NCBI GenBank assembly: GCA_044239675.1
Contig: JBIIAX010000005.1
Coordinates: 125,024-189,023 of the forward strand
DNA length: 64,000 nt
Reading direction: 5' to 3'
Source of the DNA: Caulobacter sp.
GTDB lineage: Bacteria > Pseudomonadota > Alphaproteobacteria > Caulobacterales > Caulobacteraceae
Part shown: piece after piece, positions 54,950-64,000 of the stretch
Numbering within the stretch: the stretch's first letter is position 1
Layout of the letters: each line of letters begins with the position of its first letter
Notes under the pieces: generated by a model
What the model was told of the DNA's origin: nothing
Seen by the model: only the letters and a program-made list of their open reading frames with translations
Database searches by the model: none
Program-made: the position numbers and the translations under genes

Positions 54950-55228
54950 CTACGGGGACTCGGCTTTGTTGTCGTCGGCGATTTGCGTGATGGCGATCGC
55001 CCCAACGATAATGCCCCCGACGGTGACCAACGGAATGAACGACGGCGAGTCGACAATATCGCCATTGGTCCGGCCCTTTTGGGCGCCGACACGCTTCAGC
55101 GACGCGGCCTTGGAGGCCTTCGAAGCCTTGTAGGCGGGAGCCTTGGCCGGAGCGACCGTCTGCGCGAGAGCGGGGCCGGCAATGGCGACGGCGACAGCCG
55201 CGACCAGGGCAGCTTTAAGAGTCTTCAT
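54950..55228 (-). CDS. Small secreted protein, paralogue 3
   Basis: 92 aa from ATG 55228 with GGAGG RBS; LKRVGAQKGR; hydrophobic helix; DDNKAESP end. Confidence 0.85.
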   Translation of the reverse strand: MKTLKAALVAAVAVAIAGPALAQTVAPAKAPAYKASKASKAASLKRVGAQKGRTNGDIVDSPSFIPLVTVGGIIVGAIAITQIADDNKAESP

Positions 55229-55248
55229 CAGATCCTCCATGATAGAAA

Positions 55249-55283
55249 AGCGCCAGATCGGACGGGCCAGGTGGCCGGACGCC
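55249..55283 (-). promoter_or_regulatory. Conserved structured 5' leader, copy 3
   Basis: mRNA GGCGUC-C-GGCC-ACCU-GGCC-N10-GGCGCU. Confidence 0.65.
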
Positions 55284-55599
55284 TAATTCACCCTCTTAAT
55301 CCCGATTCTGGCGAAGAATTGCAAGCGCCATGTTACCGGCTGGGTGTATTTTGCGCTGCACTGCCGCATTTCGACATCAGGGTTCACGCCGGGACCCTTT
55401 CCGGACCGGTTGGGTTCGCTGGCCTCGCAAGGCCGCCCGGCCTGCCCGTCTGATCAACAGATGGCGCCTCTCTCTTGCACTGCAGCATCCAAACTGACGC
55501 ACTTGCCCGATCCGCCAGCCTTGATGGCTTTACGGCGGACGGACCGGCGGGCGATGTCCTGATCCCGCCCTCGGGCAGGCTGGAGACTGGAGCGACGTC

Positions 55600-55884
55600 A
55601 TGGTCACCCTCGAGTTCATGCTGGGGTCGGATAGGGACGCGGGCCGGTTCGACCTTGCCCTCTATCGTTTTTTGGAATCCGGGGATTTCAGGCCGGACGT
55701 CGATGACGATCTGGCGATGTGCCACACTACCCCATTGAGAGACTGCACCTTGAAACAGGTGGTCTTCTCCTGCGCGCGGATGGCCGAGGCTTTCGTGCTG
55801 TTCTGGAGCGGATTCGAAGACCCCGCGGGGAGGGCTCCCTGGGAGGACTGGCGCTCGGCCATCGGCGCGGCGACCGCCCATTGA
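55600..55884 (+). CDS. Hypothetical protein (94 aa)
   Basis: ATG with GGAG 7 nt upstream and natural-looking composition; no family recognised. Confidence 0.35.
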   Translation: MVTLEFMLGSDRDAGRFDLALYRFLESGDFRPDVDDDLAMCHTTPLRDCTLKQVVFSCARMAEAFVLFWSGFEDPAGRAPWEDWRSAIGAATAH

Positions 55885-56069
55885 GGCGACGTCCCGGCGC
55901 TCTGTGAACGCCTTGCCGAGCCTTCGCCCAGCTTGTAGGCAGTCGTGCTGGCTGGCGGTTCGGAGCGAACGGCCGGACAGCGAACCCATCCCTCGCGGAT
56001 TCGAATCCCGCGGCTTGCCGCGACCCTGACAACCTGACGCCGGCCTACGGCGGTCGCCAAGGGCAACCT

Positions 56070-58292
56070 ATGCTTCATCCAGTGATTGTTTGCGGTGGTT
56101 CTGGGTTGCGGCTTTGGCCTGCGTCGACACCCGCGCGGCCGAAACCCTTCATCCCGCTGATGGAAGGCCAGTCCACCTTCGGTCAGGCGCTGTTCCGGGT
56201 CGGCCAATTCGCTTATGCCGCGGAGACCATCGTGGTCGCGGGGCCCGCCCATGCCGGACTGATCGAGGCCGAACTGGCCAGGCAGGGAATGGTCGGCACG
56301 GTGGTGGTCGAACCGGAGGGCCGCGATTCCGCTCCCGCCATGGCCGCCGCCGCCGAGCTCGTCCGCCGCCGCGATGCCGATGGCGTCTGTATCTTCCTGG
56401 CCGCGGACCATGACATCAGCGACCATATGGCCTTCGCCGCTGTGGTCGAGACCGCGCGGCAGCTGGCCCTGACCGGCGGCATCGTCACGCTTGGCGTCAA
56501 TCCCACAGGGCCTTCAACCGCCTACGGCTACATCCAGCCGGGGGACCTGCTCGGCCAGGGCGAGGGGCGCCGGGTGAAGGCCTTCGTCGAAAAGCCAGAC
56601 CACGACCGCGCCCTGCGCTTCCTCAGCGAAGGCTTCCTCTGGAACAGCGGCATGTTCATCTGCCGGGCCGATGTCCTGCTTGAGGAACTGGCCACCCACG
56701 CGCCGGCCGTGGCCCGGTGCTGCGAAGAGGCCGTGGCCACCGGCGCCCTGGACGGCGGGCAGTTTCATCTGGGCCAGGTGTTCCGCACGACCCCGAAGAT
56801 CTCCATCGACTACGCCGTCCTGGAAAAGACCGACAAGGCCCTGGTCCTTCCCGCCGCCTTCGCCTGGTCCGACCTGGGCGCCTGGGACGCGGTCCTTGAA
56901 CAGTCTTCGCGCGATCCGGCCGGAAACTACGGCGATGGCGAGGTTCATCTTCAAGGGGCCGAGAACTGCCTCGTTCGCGCCGGACCCGGAATGACCATCG
57001 CCGCCGCCGGGACCCGCAATCTGGCGATCATCGCCGAGGGCTGCTCGGTGATGGTCTGCGACCTGGCCAACACCACCGACCTGAAGGCCCTGATCGAACG
57101 GGTCAACGCCAGCGCCGCCGCCGTGCCTGGCCCCTCGGCGCGAGCGCTCGGCGCCCGGTTCGAGACCTGGCTGATGACCGCCGCCCTGCCCCTGTGGTGG
57201 ACCCTGGGCGCCGACCACGCGGGCGGCGGCTTCCAGGAACTGATCGGCCAGGATGGCCGGCCGGTCGAGGCCGATCGCCGCCTAAGGGTCCAGGGCCGCC
57301 AGACCCACGTCTTCGCCCGCGCCGGCATCGATGGCTGGACGGGTCCCTGGCGACAGGCGGTTAAGCACGGCCTCGACGCCCTGTCCGGCCGCTATCGCCG
57401 CGAGGACGGACTGTACCGCACCCTGGTCACCCCGGACGGCGCGTCGAAGAATGACGAGGCCTGGCTCTATGACCAGGCCTTCGTCCTGCTGGCCCTGGCC
57501 TCGGCCACCGCGGCCGGCGTCCGCGCCGAGGCTTGCAAGGCGGAAGCCCGAGACCTGCTGACCGCCATTCGAGGCGCCTATAGTCATCCGTCCGGCGGCT
57601 TCCGTGAAATCACCGCCCTGAGCTTCCAGTCCAATCCCCTGATGCACCTGTTCGAGGCGGCCCTGACCTGGATGGAAACGGATGGCGAGCCGGTCTGGAA
57701 GGATCTGGCCCAGGAAATCGTCGACCTGATCCTGATTCGCCTGCTCGATTCCGAGGGGGGCCCCCTGCGGGAGTATTTCGACTCCGACTGGAGTCCGGCG
57801 CCCGGACGCAACGGCGCGGTGGCCGAGCCAGGCCATCAGTTCGAATGGGCCAGCCTGTTGACCCGCTGGGCCAGGCTCACCGGCGACGATGGCGCTCTGA
57901 TCGCGGCCCGCAAGCTCTATGACTGCGGGGCCAAGGGGGTAGACAACCGGCGCGGCGTGGCCATCGACGAGATGGACACCTCATTCAACTGGGTCCGCCG
58001 CTCAGCCCGCCTCTGGCCGCAGACGGAGCGGATCAAGGCCGCCGCCGCGCTGGCGGCGCTGGAACCTGAAGGCGGACGCATGCAGGCCGACGCCCTGGCC
58101 GCCGCGCAGTCCCTGTGGCGCTACCTCGAAACGCCGGTCCAGGGGCTGTGGCGCGACCGCCAGGATATCTCCGGCGGTTTCCTGGATGAACCGGCGCCCG
58201 CCAGCAGCCTCTACCATATCCTCGGCGCGGTCGAGGCCATCGGGGCCCTGGCCCAGACGACCGCGCCGGAACCAGTCCCCGCCGAGGCCTGA
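56070..58292 (+). CDS. manC: Mannose-1-phosphate guanylyltransferase fused to an AGE-family epimerase/isomerase
   Basis: N-terminal VIVCGGSGLRLWP, EPEGRDSAPA, WNSGMF, SIDYAVLEK, WSDLGAW; C-terminal RVQGRQ, SNPLMHLFEA, EPGHQFEW, RLWPQTE, SSLYHI. Confidence 0.88.
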   Translation: MLHPVIVCGGSGLRLWPASTPARPKPFIPLMEGQSTFGQALFRVGQFAYAAETIVVAGPAHAGLIEAELARQGMVGTVVVEPEGRDSAPAMAAAAELVRRRDADGVCIFLAADHDISDHMAFAAVVETARQLALTGGIVTLGVNPTGPSTAYGYIQPGDLLGQGEGRRVKAFVEKPDHDRALRFLSEGFLWNSGMFICRADVLLEELATHAPAVARCCEEAVATGALDGGQFHLGQVFRTTPKISIDYAVLEKTDKALVLPAAFAWSDLGAWDAVLEQSSRDPAGNYGDGEVHLQGAENCLVRAGPGMTIAAAGTRNLAIIAEGCSVMVCDLANTTDLKALIERVNASAAAVPGPSARALGARFETWLMTAALPLWWTLGADHAGGGFQELIGQDGRPVEADRRLRVQGRQTHVFARAGIDGWTGPWRQAVKHGLDALSGRYRREDGLYRTLVTPDGASKNDEAWLYDQAFVLLALASATAAGVRAEACKAEARDLLTAIRGAYSHPSGGFREITALSFQSNPLMHLFEAALTWMETDGEPVWKDLAQEIVDLILIRLLDSEGGPLREYFDSDWSPAPGRNGAVAEPGHQFEWASLLTRWARLTGDDGALIAARKLYDCGAKGVDNRRGVAIDEMDTSFNWVRRSARLWPQTERIKAAAALAALEPEGGRMQADALAAAQSLWRYLETPVQGLWRDRQDISGGFLDEPAPASSLYHILGAVEAIGALAQTTAPEPVPAEA

Positions 58293-58402
58293 ACCGCCGC
58301 TTTTTTAACGGCGGGTTCTTGCCCTTGGGTCACCGTCGACGGCTGTCGCTGGCTGTGCAAACACGGGTCCAGACAAGCTTCTTCAGGACCCGGAGACCCT
58401 TC

Positions 58403-59185
<783 letters not shown>

Positions 59186-59220
59186 ACCGCCAGTCCCAGC
59201 CATCCGAAACGACAAGGCAA

Positions 59221-59248
59221 AAGGCCCCGGGGTTTTCCCCGGGGCCTT
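59221..59248. terminator. Hairpin between convergent SDR and ompA, probable bidirectional terminator
   Basis: AAGGCCCCGGGG-TTTT-CCCCGGGGCCTT, flanked by A-rich and T-rich runs. Confidence 0.75.
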
Positions 59249-59275
59249 CGCTTTGGTGCGGGCTTCGATCCTGGA

Positions 59276-60457
59276 TCAGAAGTTGATCGAGATCGTCGAA
59301 CGGCGGTTCAGGGGTTCCTTCACCCCATCGCCGGTGGCGACGGCGGGAGCGGATTCACCCTTCCAGTCGACCGAGAGGGTCGCGCTGTTGACGCCCAGGC
59401 CGATCAGGGCGTCGGCGACGGCCTTGGACCGGCGCTGCGACAGGCCGACGTTGTATTTGGCCGAACCGGAGGTGTCGGCGTGACCGACGACCACGATCTG
59501 GGTGGCGTTGCCGGCCGAAGCGTACTGAGCCGCTTCCGAAACCACCGACTGGGCTTCCGGCGTCAGGATCGATTGATCGAACGGGAAGTAGACGATGAAT
59601 TCGCGCGCTTCATAGACCGGCGCCGGCGGAGGAGCCGGCGGCGGCGGGGGAGCTTCCGGCGGGGGCGGCGGAGGTGCGGGCGGCGGCGGGGGCGGCGCTG
59701 GCTGGGCGAAGCTGTAACGCAGCCCCACCGTCAGCGACTGGTCCTCATAGGCGCCCTTGAAGGAGCCGGGCTGCGCCGAGCCGGAGCTGCTCGAGCCGAA
59801 CCGGATGTCGTTGCCGTCCAGGTAGCGGTAGGTCAGGTCGCCGGTGAGGCGGTCGGAGATGTCGAAGGACATGCCGCCCAGGAACTGCCAGGCGAAGGCC
59901 GTATCGTCGTCATCGACCCGGAAGACGCCGCCCGGCGTGGCCGAGTTGAATTTTCCACCGACCTTCAGATCAACCCGGGCGGCGCCGATCCCGGCTCCGA
60001 TAAACGGGCGGACGCGCGAGGACGGGAAGAAGTCATAGATGACATTTCCCATCAGGGTGTAGGCCTCGATGTGCCCACCGGGTCCCGCGCAGTTGGTCGA
60101 CGCCGGCAGCGACACCGACACGTTGCAGACCGCGTTGGGCAGGGCCCGGGTGGGGGTTCCCTTTACCGACTCAACCGCGCCGGCGCGGAATCCGCCTTCG
60201 ATTTCCACCCGCCAGTTGGGGTGAACCTGCCAGCCGAGACGCCCAAAGCTGGCGATATTGTCTTCCTGCTGGAAGTCGTAGCGGTAGGGCAGGCCATCGG
60301 TCGCGTCGTTCTGAGACCGGGCGCTGATGCCCTCTGGCGTATGCCAGCCGAGATCGGCCGCGACATACGGGCCGAGTTCCTGGGCCGCCGCCTGCTGGGC
60401 GACCGCCATCATTAATGCGCCGGCTACGCCAGCCGCCAAGATCGTCTTCAACGTCAT
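59276..60457 (-). CDS. ompA: OmpA family outer-membrane protein
   Basis: Signal peptide, 8-strand barrel ending GLRYSF, Pro-rich linker, VYFPFD, GHADTSG..YN..LS.RR and NRR peptidoglycan-binding motifs. Confidence 0.92.
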   Translation of the reverse strand: MTLKTILAAGVAGALMMAVAQQAAAQELGPYVAADLGWHTPEGISARSQNDATDGLPYRYDFQQEDNIASFGRLGWQVHPNWRVEIEGGFRAGAVESVKGTPTRALPNAVCNVSVSLPASTNCAGPGGHIEAYTLMGNVIYDFFPSSRVRPFIGAGIGAARVDLKVGGKFNSATPGGVFRVDDDDTAFAWQFLGGMSFDISDRLTGDLTYRYLDGNDIRFGSSSSGSAQPGSFKGAYEDQSLTVGLRYSFAQPAPPPPPPAPPPPPPEAPPPPPAPPPAPVYEAREFIVYFPFDQSILTPEAQSVVSEAAQYASAGNATQIVVVGHADTSGSAKYNVGLSQRRSKAVADALIGLGVNSATLSVDWKGESAPAVATGDGVKEPLNRRSTISINF

Positions 60458-60694
60458 CGAGGTTCCCCTTGCCCTGCTGGAACCCGCGCAACACCCTTGG
60501 TCATCAGCAAGGCTGAGACCAGGGCTCGCGGGCCGTGGTCCCAGATGAAGTCCTGTGGTCGATCGCCGTTCCGAAGGGGCCGGACCTCTCGGGGCAATTG
60601 TGGCGAACTGTGGCGCGGCTGCTACAGCACACCCTCGCGGACAGCCCGGCGGCGGCCTGTCCGCCGCTCACTCCAGCCGGACCCCGCTGAACCT

Positions 60695-61264
60695 TTAGTC
60701 CTTGGCGCGCTCGTAGTAGCTGCCGTCCTCGGTCAGCACGACGATACGGGTGCCCGAGGCGATATAGGGCGGCACCATGACCCGCGCGCCGTTGGACAGG
60801 GTGGCGGGCTTGTAGGAGGAAGAGGCCGTCTGGCCCTTCATCGCCGGCTCGGTGTCGACGATCTCGAAGGTCACCCGGGCGGGAAGTTCCATGGCGATCG
60901 GGGTGTTGTCGTGGATGGACAGGAAGACGGTCATGCCTTCGCTCAGCCACTGGCCCTTTTCACCGATCATCTCGGGGGAGACGACATACTGATCGAAGCT
61001 CTCGGGGTTCATGAAGTGGAACCCCTCGCCGTCCTGATAGAGGAAGGTATGTTCCCGCTCGTCGACGAAGGTCTGCTCGACCTGTTCAGTGGTGCGGTAG
61101 CGTTCCGAGACCTTCACCCCGTCGGAGATGCGGCGCATGTCCAGCTGGGTGACCGGGGTGCCCTTGCCGGGGTGGATGTTCTCGACACTGAGGACGACAT
61201 AGAGCTTGCCGTCGACATCGAGAACGGAGCCCTTGCGGAGCGAGCTGGCGGCGACCTTCGGCAT
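60695..61264 (-). CDS. efp: Elongation factor P
   Basis: HPGKG loop with the modifiable Lys, [21 protein letters not shown] and YYERA motifs. Confidence 0.96.
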   Translation of the reverse strand: MPKVAASSLRKGSVLDVDGKLYVVLSVENIHPGKGTPVTQLDMRRISDGVKVSERYRTTEQVEQTFVDEREHTFLYQDGEGFHFMNPESFDQYVVSPEMIGEKGQWLSEGMTVFLSIHDNTPIAMELPARVTFEIVDTEPAMKGQTASSSYKPATLSNGARVMVPPYIASGTRIVVLTEDGSYYERAKD

Positions 61265-61395
61265 GAAACCCTCTTGTGCGGCGGGACGCGGCGCGTCGGC
61301 GCTGCGATTCCGTTGAATATCGTTGGGGCCGCTCTCTATAGGGTCACGAGCAAAACCGCCAGTGTCCGGCGGGATCTGGGCAGGAGCGCCGCGAC

Positions 61396-62439
61396 ATGAC
61401 CCTTCCCTCCCCCTGGTGGGACAAGGATCGCCACCGCGATCGCCGGCCCTTCCTGATCGCCCGCAACCGCATCACCGCCGCTGTGCGGGCCTGGTTCGGG
61501 GACCGGGATTTCACCGAGGTCGAGGCGGCCGCCCTGCAGGTCTCGCCTGGCAACGAGGCTCATCTGCACGCCTTCGCCACCGAAGCCATCACCACCGGCG
61601 GCGAGCGGGCGCCCCTCTATCTGCACACCTCGCCGGAGTTCGCGGCCAAGAAGCTGCTGGCGGCCGGGGAGACGAAGATCTTCGACCTGGCCCGGGTCTG
61701 GCGCAACCGCGAGCGCGGCCCGCTGCACTATCCGGAGTTTACCATGCTGGAGTGGTATCGGACGGGCGAGCCCTATGAGACGCTGATGGACGACTGCGCC
61801 GGCCTGCTGCGGCTGGCGGCGGAAACGGCGGGGTCCCGCCGATGGAGCTTCCGGGGCATGGAGGTCGATCCCTTCGCCGAGCCGGAGCGGGTGACCGTGG
61901 CCGAGGCGGTGGAGCGGTTCGCGGGCGTCGACCTGCTGGCCACCGTCCAGGCGGACGGCGGGACCGACCGTGACGGCTTGGCCGCCCGGGCGACCGGCGC
62001 CGGCATCCGGGTCGCCGTCGACGATACCTGGGCCGATGTGTTCAGCCGCATCCTGGTGGAAAAGGTCGAGCCGCGGCTGGGCCAGGGACGGGCCACGGTT
62101 CTCTGCGAATACCCGATCAGCGAGGCGGCTTTGGCGCGGCCCAAACCGGCCGATCCGCGCGTCGCCGAGCGGTTCGAGCTCTATGCCTGCGGGGTCGAAC
62201 TGGCCAACGCCTTCGGCGAACTGACCGACGCGGCCGAACAGCGGCGGCGGTTCGAGGCCGAGATGGCGGAGAAGGCGCGGGTCTATGGCGAGCGCTATCC
62301 GATCGACGAGGACTTCCTGGCCGCCCTGGACCAGATGCCCGCCGCCTGCGGCTCGGCCCTGGGGTTCGACCGGCTGGTGATGCTGGCGACCGGGGCCAAG
62401 CGGATCGACCAGGTGATCTGGACTCCGGTGGCGGGGTAA
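61396..62439 (+). CDS. epmA: EF-P lysine aminoacylase
   Basis: [40 protein letters not shown] and ALGFDRL motifs; divergent from efp. Confidence 0.93.
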   Translation: MTLPSPWWDKDRHRDRRPFLIARNRITAAVRAWFGDRDFTEVEAAALQVSPGNEAHLHAFATEAITTGGERAPLYLHTSPEFAAKKLLAAGETKIFDLARVWRNRERGPLHYPEFTMLEWYRTGEPYETLMDDCAGLLRLAAETAGSRRWSFRGMEVDPFAEPERVTVAEAVERFAGVDLLATVQADGGTDRDGLAARATGAGIRVAVDDTWADVFSRILVEKVEPRLGQGRATVLCEYPISEAALARPKPADPRVAERFELYACGVELANAFGELTDAAEQRRRFEAEMAEKARVYGERYPIDEDFLAALDQMPAACGSALGFDRLVMLATGAKRIDQVIWTPVAG

Positions 62440-62520
62440 TTCGGTGACAGTCACTTTTTTCCCACCGCAGGGCCGCCGATCCGATCCGCGAACTTGAAAA
62501 AAGTGACTGTCACCGAATTA
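62437..62520. repeat. Perfect 24-bp inverted repeat with a 36-bp spacer (REPIN/MITE-like)
   Basis: TAATTCGGTGACAGTCACTTTTTT ... AAAAAAGTGACTGTCACCGAATTA; each arm contains a GTGAC-N-GTCAC palindrome. Confidence 0.88.
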
Positions 62521-62563
62521 CCTCTCGGCCCGCGGATTTGCCCCTCGCCGCCACAGGCGCCAT

Positions 62564-63619
62564 ATGCCGCCCAGCATGACTAACGCCCGCACCCTTCGCA
62601 GCGCCGCCGACCTGGCCGAGAGCGGCCTGATCGCGGCCGACCGCCTGCCCGCCCTGGAGCGGGTGGCGGCGCGGTATGCGGTGGCGATCACCGCGCCGAT
62701 GGCGGAGCTGATCGATGCGTCAGACCCGGCCGACCCCATCGCCGCCCAGTTCCTCCCCCAGGAAGCCGAACTGGACGCCACGCCGCTGGAACGGGCCGAT
62801 CCGATCGGCGACGCGGCCCACAGCTCGGTGACCGGGGTGGTGCATCGTTATCCCGACCGCGTGCTGCTGAAGATCACCCACACCTGCGCCGTCTACTGCC
62901 GGTTCTGTTTCCGCCGGGAGATGGTCGGGCCGGAGGGGCATGGCAATCTGAGCGGCGCCGAGCTGGACGCGGCCATGGTCTATATCGCCGCCCGGCCGGA
63001 CATCTGGGAGGTGATCGTTACCGGCGGCGATCCGCTGGTGCTGTCTCCCCGGCGGCTGAGGGACATCATGGACCGGCTGTCCGCAATCGAGCATGTGAAG
63101 ATCGTCCGCTTCCACACCCGCATCCCGGTGGTGACGCCGGACGCGGTCACGCAGGAGATGGTCGAGGCGCTGAAAGCGCCCGGCAAGACGACCTGGCTGG
63201 CTCTGCACGCCAACCACCCCCGCGAGATGACCCCCGCCGCCCGCGCCGCCTGCGCCCGGATCGTCGACGGCGGGATCGCCATGGTCAGCCAGACGGTGCT
63301 GCTGAAGGGCGTCAATGATGACCCGGAGACGCTTGGCGCCCTGATGCGGGCCTTCGTCGAGACGCGGATCAAGCCATACTACCTGCACCAGGGCGACCTG
63401 GCCCCCGGCACCGGCCACCTGCGCACCACGGTCGAGGACGGCCAGGCGGTGATGCGGGCGATGCGCGGCGCCTATTCCGGCCTCTGCCAGCCGACCTTCA
63501 TCCTCGACATCCCCGACGGCCACGGCAAGGTGCCGGTCGGCCCGGTCTATCTGGAGGACGGCGCGGTCGAGGACCCGGCGGGGCGATCATGGGCTTACCC
63601 AACCCCCTTCAGGGAATAG
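62564..63619 (+). CDS. epmB: Lysine 2,3-aminomutase family radical SAM enzyme, EpmB-like
   Basis: VHRYPDR, CAVYCRFCFRR, TGGDPL, SQTVLLKGVND and PYYLHQGD motifs; adjacent to epmA and efp. Confidence 0.85.
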   Translation: MPPSMTNARTLRSAADLAESGLIAADRLPALERVAARYAVAITAPMAELIDASDPADPIAAQFLPQEAELDATPLERADPIGDAAHSSVTGVVHRYPDRVLLKITHTCAVYCRFCFRREMVGPEGHGNLSGAELDAAMVYIAARPDIWEVIVTGGDPLVLSPRRLRDIMDRLSAIEHVKIVRFHTRIPVVTPDAVTQEMVEALKAPGKTTWLALHANHPREMTPAARAACARIVDGGIAMVSQTVLLKGVNDDPETLGALMRAFVETRIKPYYLHQGDLAPGTGHLRTTVEDGQAVMRAMRGAYSGLCQPTFILDIPDGHGKVPVGPVYLEDGAVEDPAGRSWAYPTPFRE

Positions 63620-63624
63620 AGGCC

Positions 63625-63999
63625 ATGTTCCTGGTTGCGGCTTGGATGACGTTTGATTGCGATGATTGCAACGAGCCCGATTGCTTGGACTTGCTTATGG
63701 CAGCGGACGACGCTTTGGAGGCCGCTGGCGGCATCGAAGGCATTGTTAAGCCGATCATCAAACGCCACAGCGCTGTAGACCAGACCCACACTTTGAACTA
63801 TAATAACGGCCGCCTATTCTTGCATCTTTCTCGCTCGACTAAACGGGAAACTGACTACGTTTCCTTGATCAGTGCTTTCGTTGAGGAGGTTGAAGCAACA
63901 GGCCTCTTGGTCATCGGCGCCATGTCAAAACACACACCTGATGATGCCAGCGACGCCTTTCAAGTTACCGCCATTGGCAGAGCCCGTCTCGAGATCTGA
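63625..63999 (+). CDS. Low-GC hypothetical protein, possibly Imm7-like
   Basis: 124 aa from ATG 63625 with GAGG upstream; visibly AT-richer than its flanks; weak resemblance to Imm7. Confidence 0.5.
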   Translation: MFLVAAWMTFDCDDCNEPDCLDLLMAADDALEAAGGIEGIVKPIIKRHSAVDQTHTLNYNNGRLFLHLSRSTKRETDYVSLISAFVEEVEATGLLVIGAMSKHTPDDASDAFQVTAIGRARLEI

Positions 64000-64000
64000 T

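Noticed and set aside
53727-55228. Small proteins as Flp/type IV pilins or PEP-CTERM substrates
   Set aside because: They have SPase I-type signals, no G|xxxxE prepilin motif, no PEP motif and no basic tail; no exosortase or prepilin peptidase is seen in the window.
55994-56013. T-arm-like CGCGGATTCGAATCCCGCGG
   Set aside because: The loop-closing pair is mismatched and there is no acceptor, D or anticodon arm.
59615-59705. Poly-proline/GC-rich repeat in ompA
   Set aside because: Ordinary Pro-rich linker between barrel and peptidoglycan-binding domain.
60695-63619. efp-epmA-epmB cluster as a novel system
   Set aside because: Well-known EF-P beta-lysylation pathway with the expected PGKG lysine.

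Overview
High-GC alphaproteobacterial chromosome segment, most consistent with Caulobacteraceae (Phenylobacterium/Caulobacter-like), judged from a ShpA-like Hpt gene, the cobA-DUF2849-cysI-DUF934-cysH order, CIR-like repeats and an OmpA2-like gene. Left to right: (1) a GST, S1/P1 nuclease, NUDIX and SAM-methyltransferase run, then a 3D-domain gene followed by an unexplained 11-bp tandem array; (2) a TetR-controlled aromatic catabolic operon (VOC dioxygenase, FAH hydrolase, MhpA-like monooxygenase); (3) a GntR gene and a TonB receptor / alpha-beta hydrolase / sulfatase operon sharing an ATTGT-N3-ACAAT palindrome, converging on the sulfate-assimilation operon; (4) gcvA-like LysR, chorismate mutase, Hpt gene and tRNA-Lys(CUU); (5) a ~36 kb Wzx/Wzy-type polysaccharide locus (about 22.5-58.3 kb) with six glycosyltransferases plus a priming transferase, four acylation systems, two O-antigen ligase/Wzy-family proteins, an M48-PDZ lipoprotein, an unexplained beta-propeller + (alpha/alpha)6 gene pair and a ManC-AGE fusion; (6) SDR, ompA, efp-epmA-epmB and a low-GC orphan at the right edge. 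The best candidate for an undescribed system is at the head of the export operon: three paralogous ~92-95 aa secreted proteins (signal peptide, Ala/Lys arm, LKRxGAxKGR, hydrophobic helix, acidic tail ending in SP). Each has its own promoter-like sequence and terminator and a conserved 35-nt 5' leader showing compensatory base changes. All functional calls come from motif recognition by eye; no database search was run.
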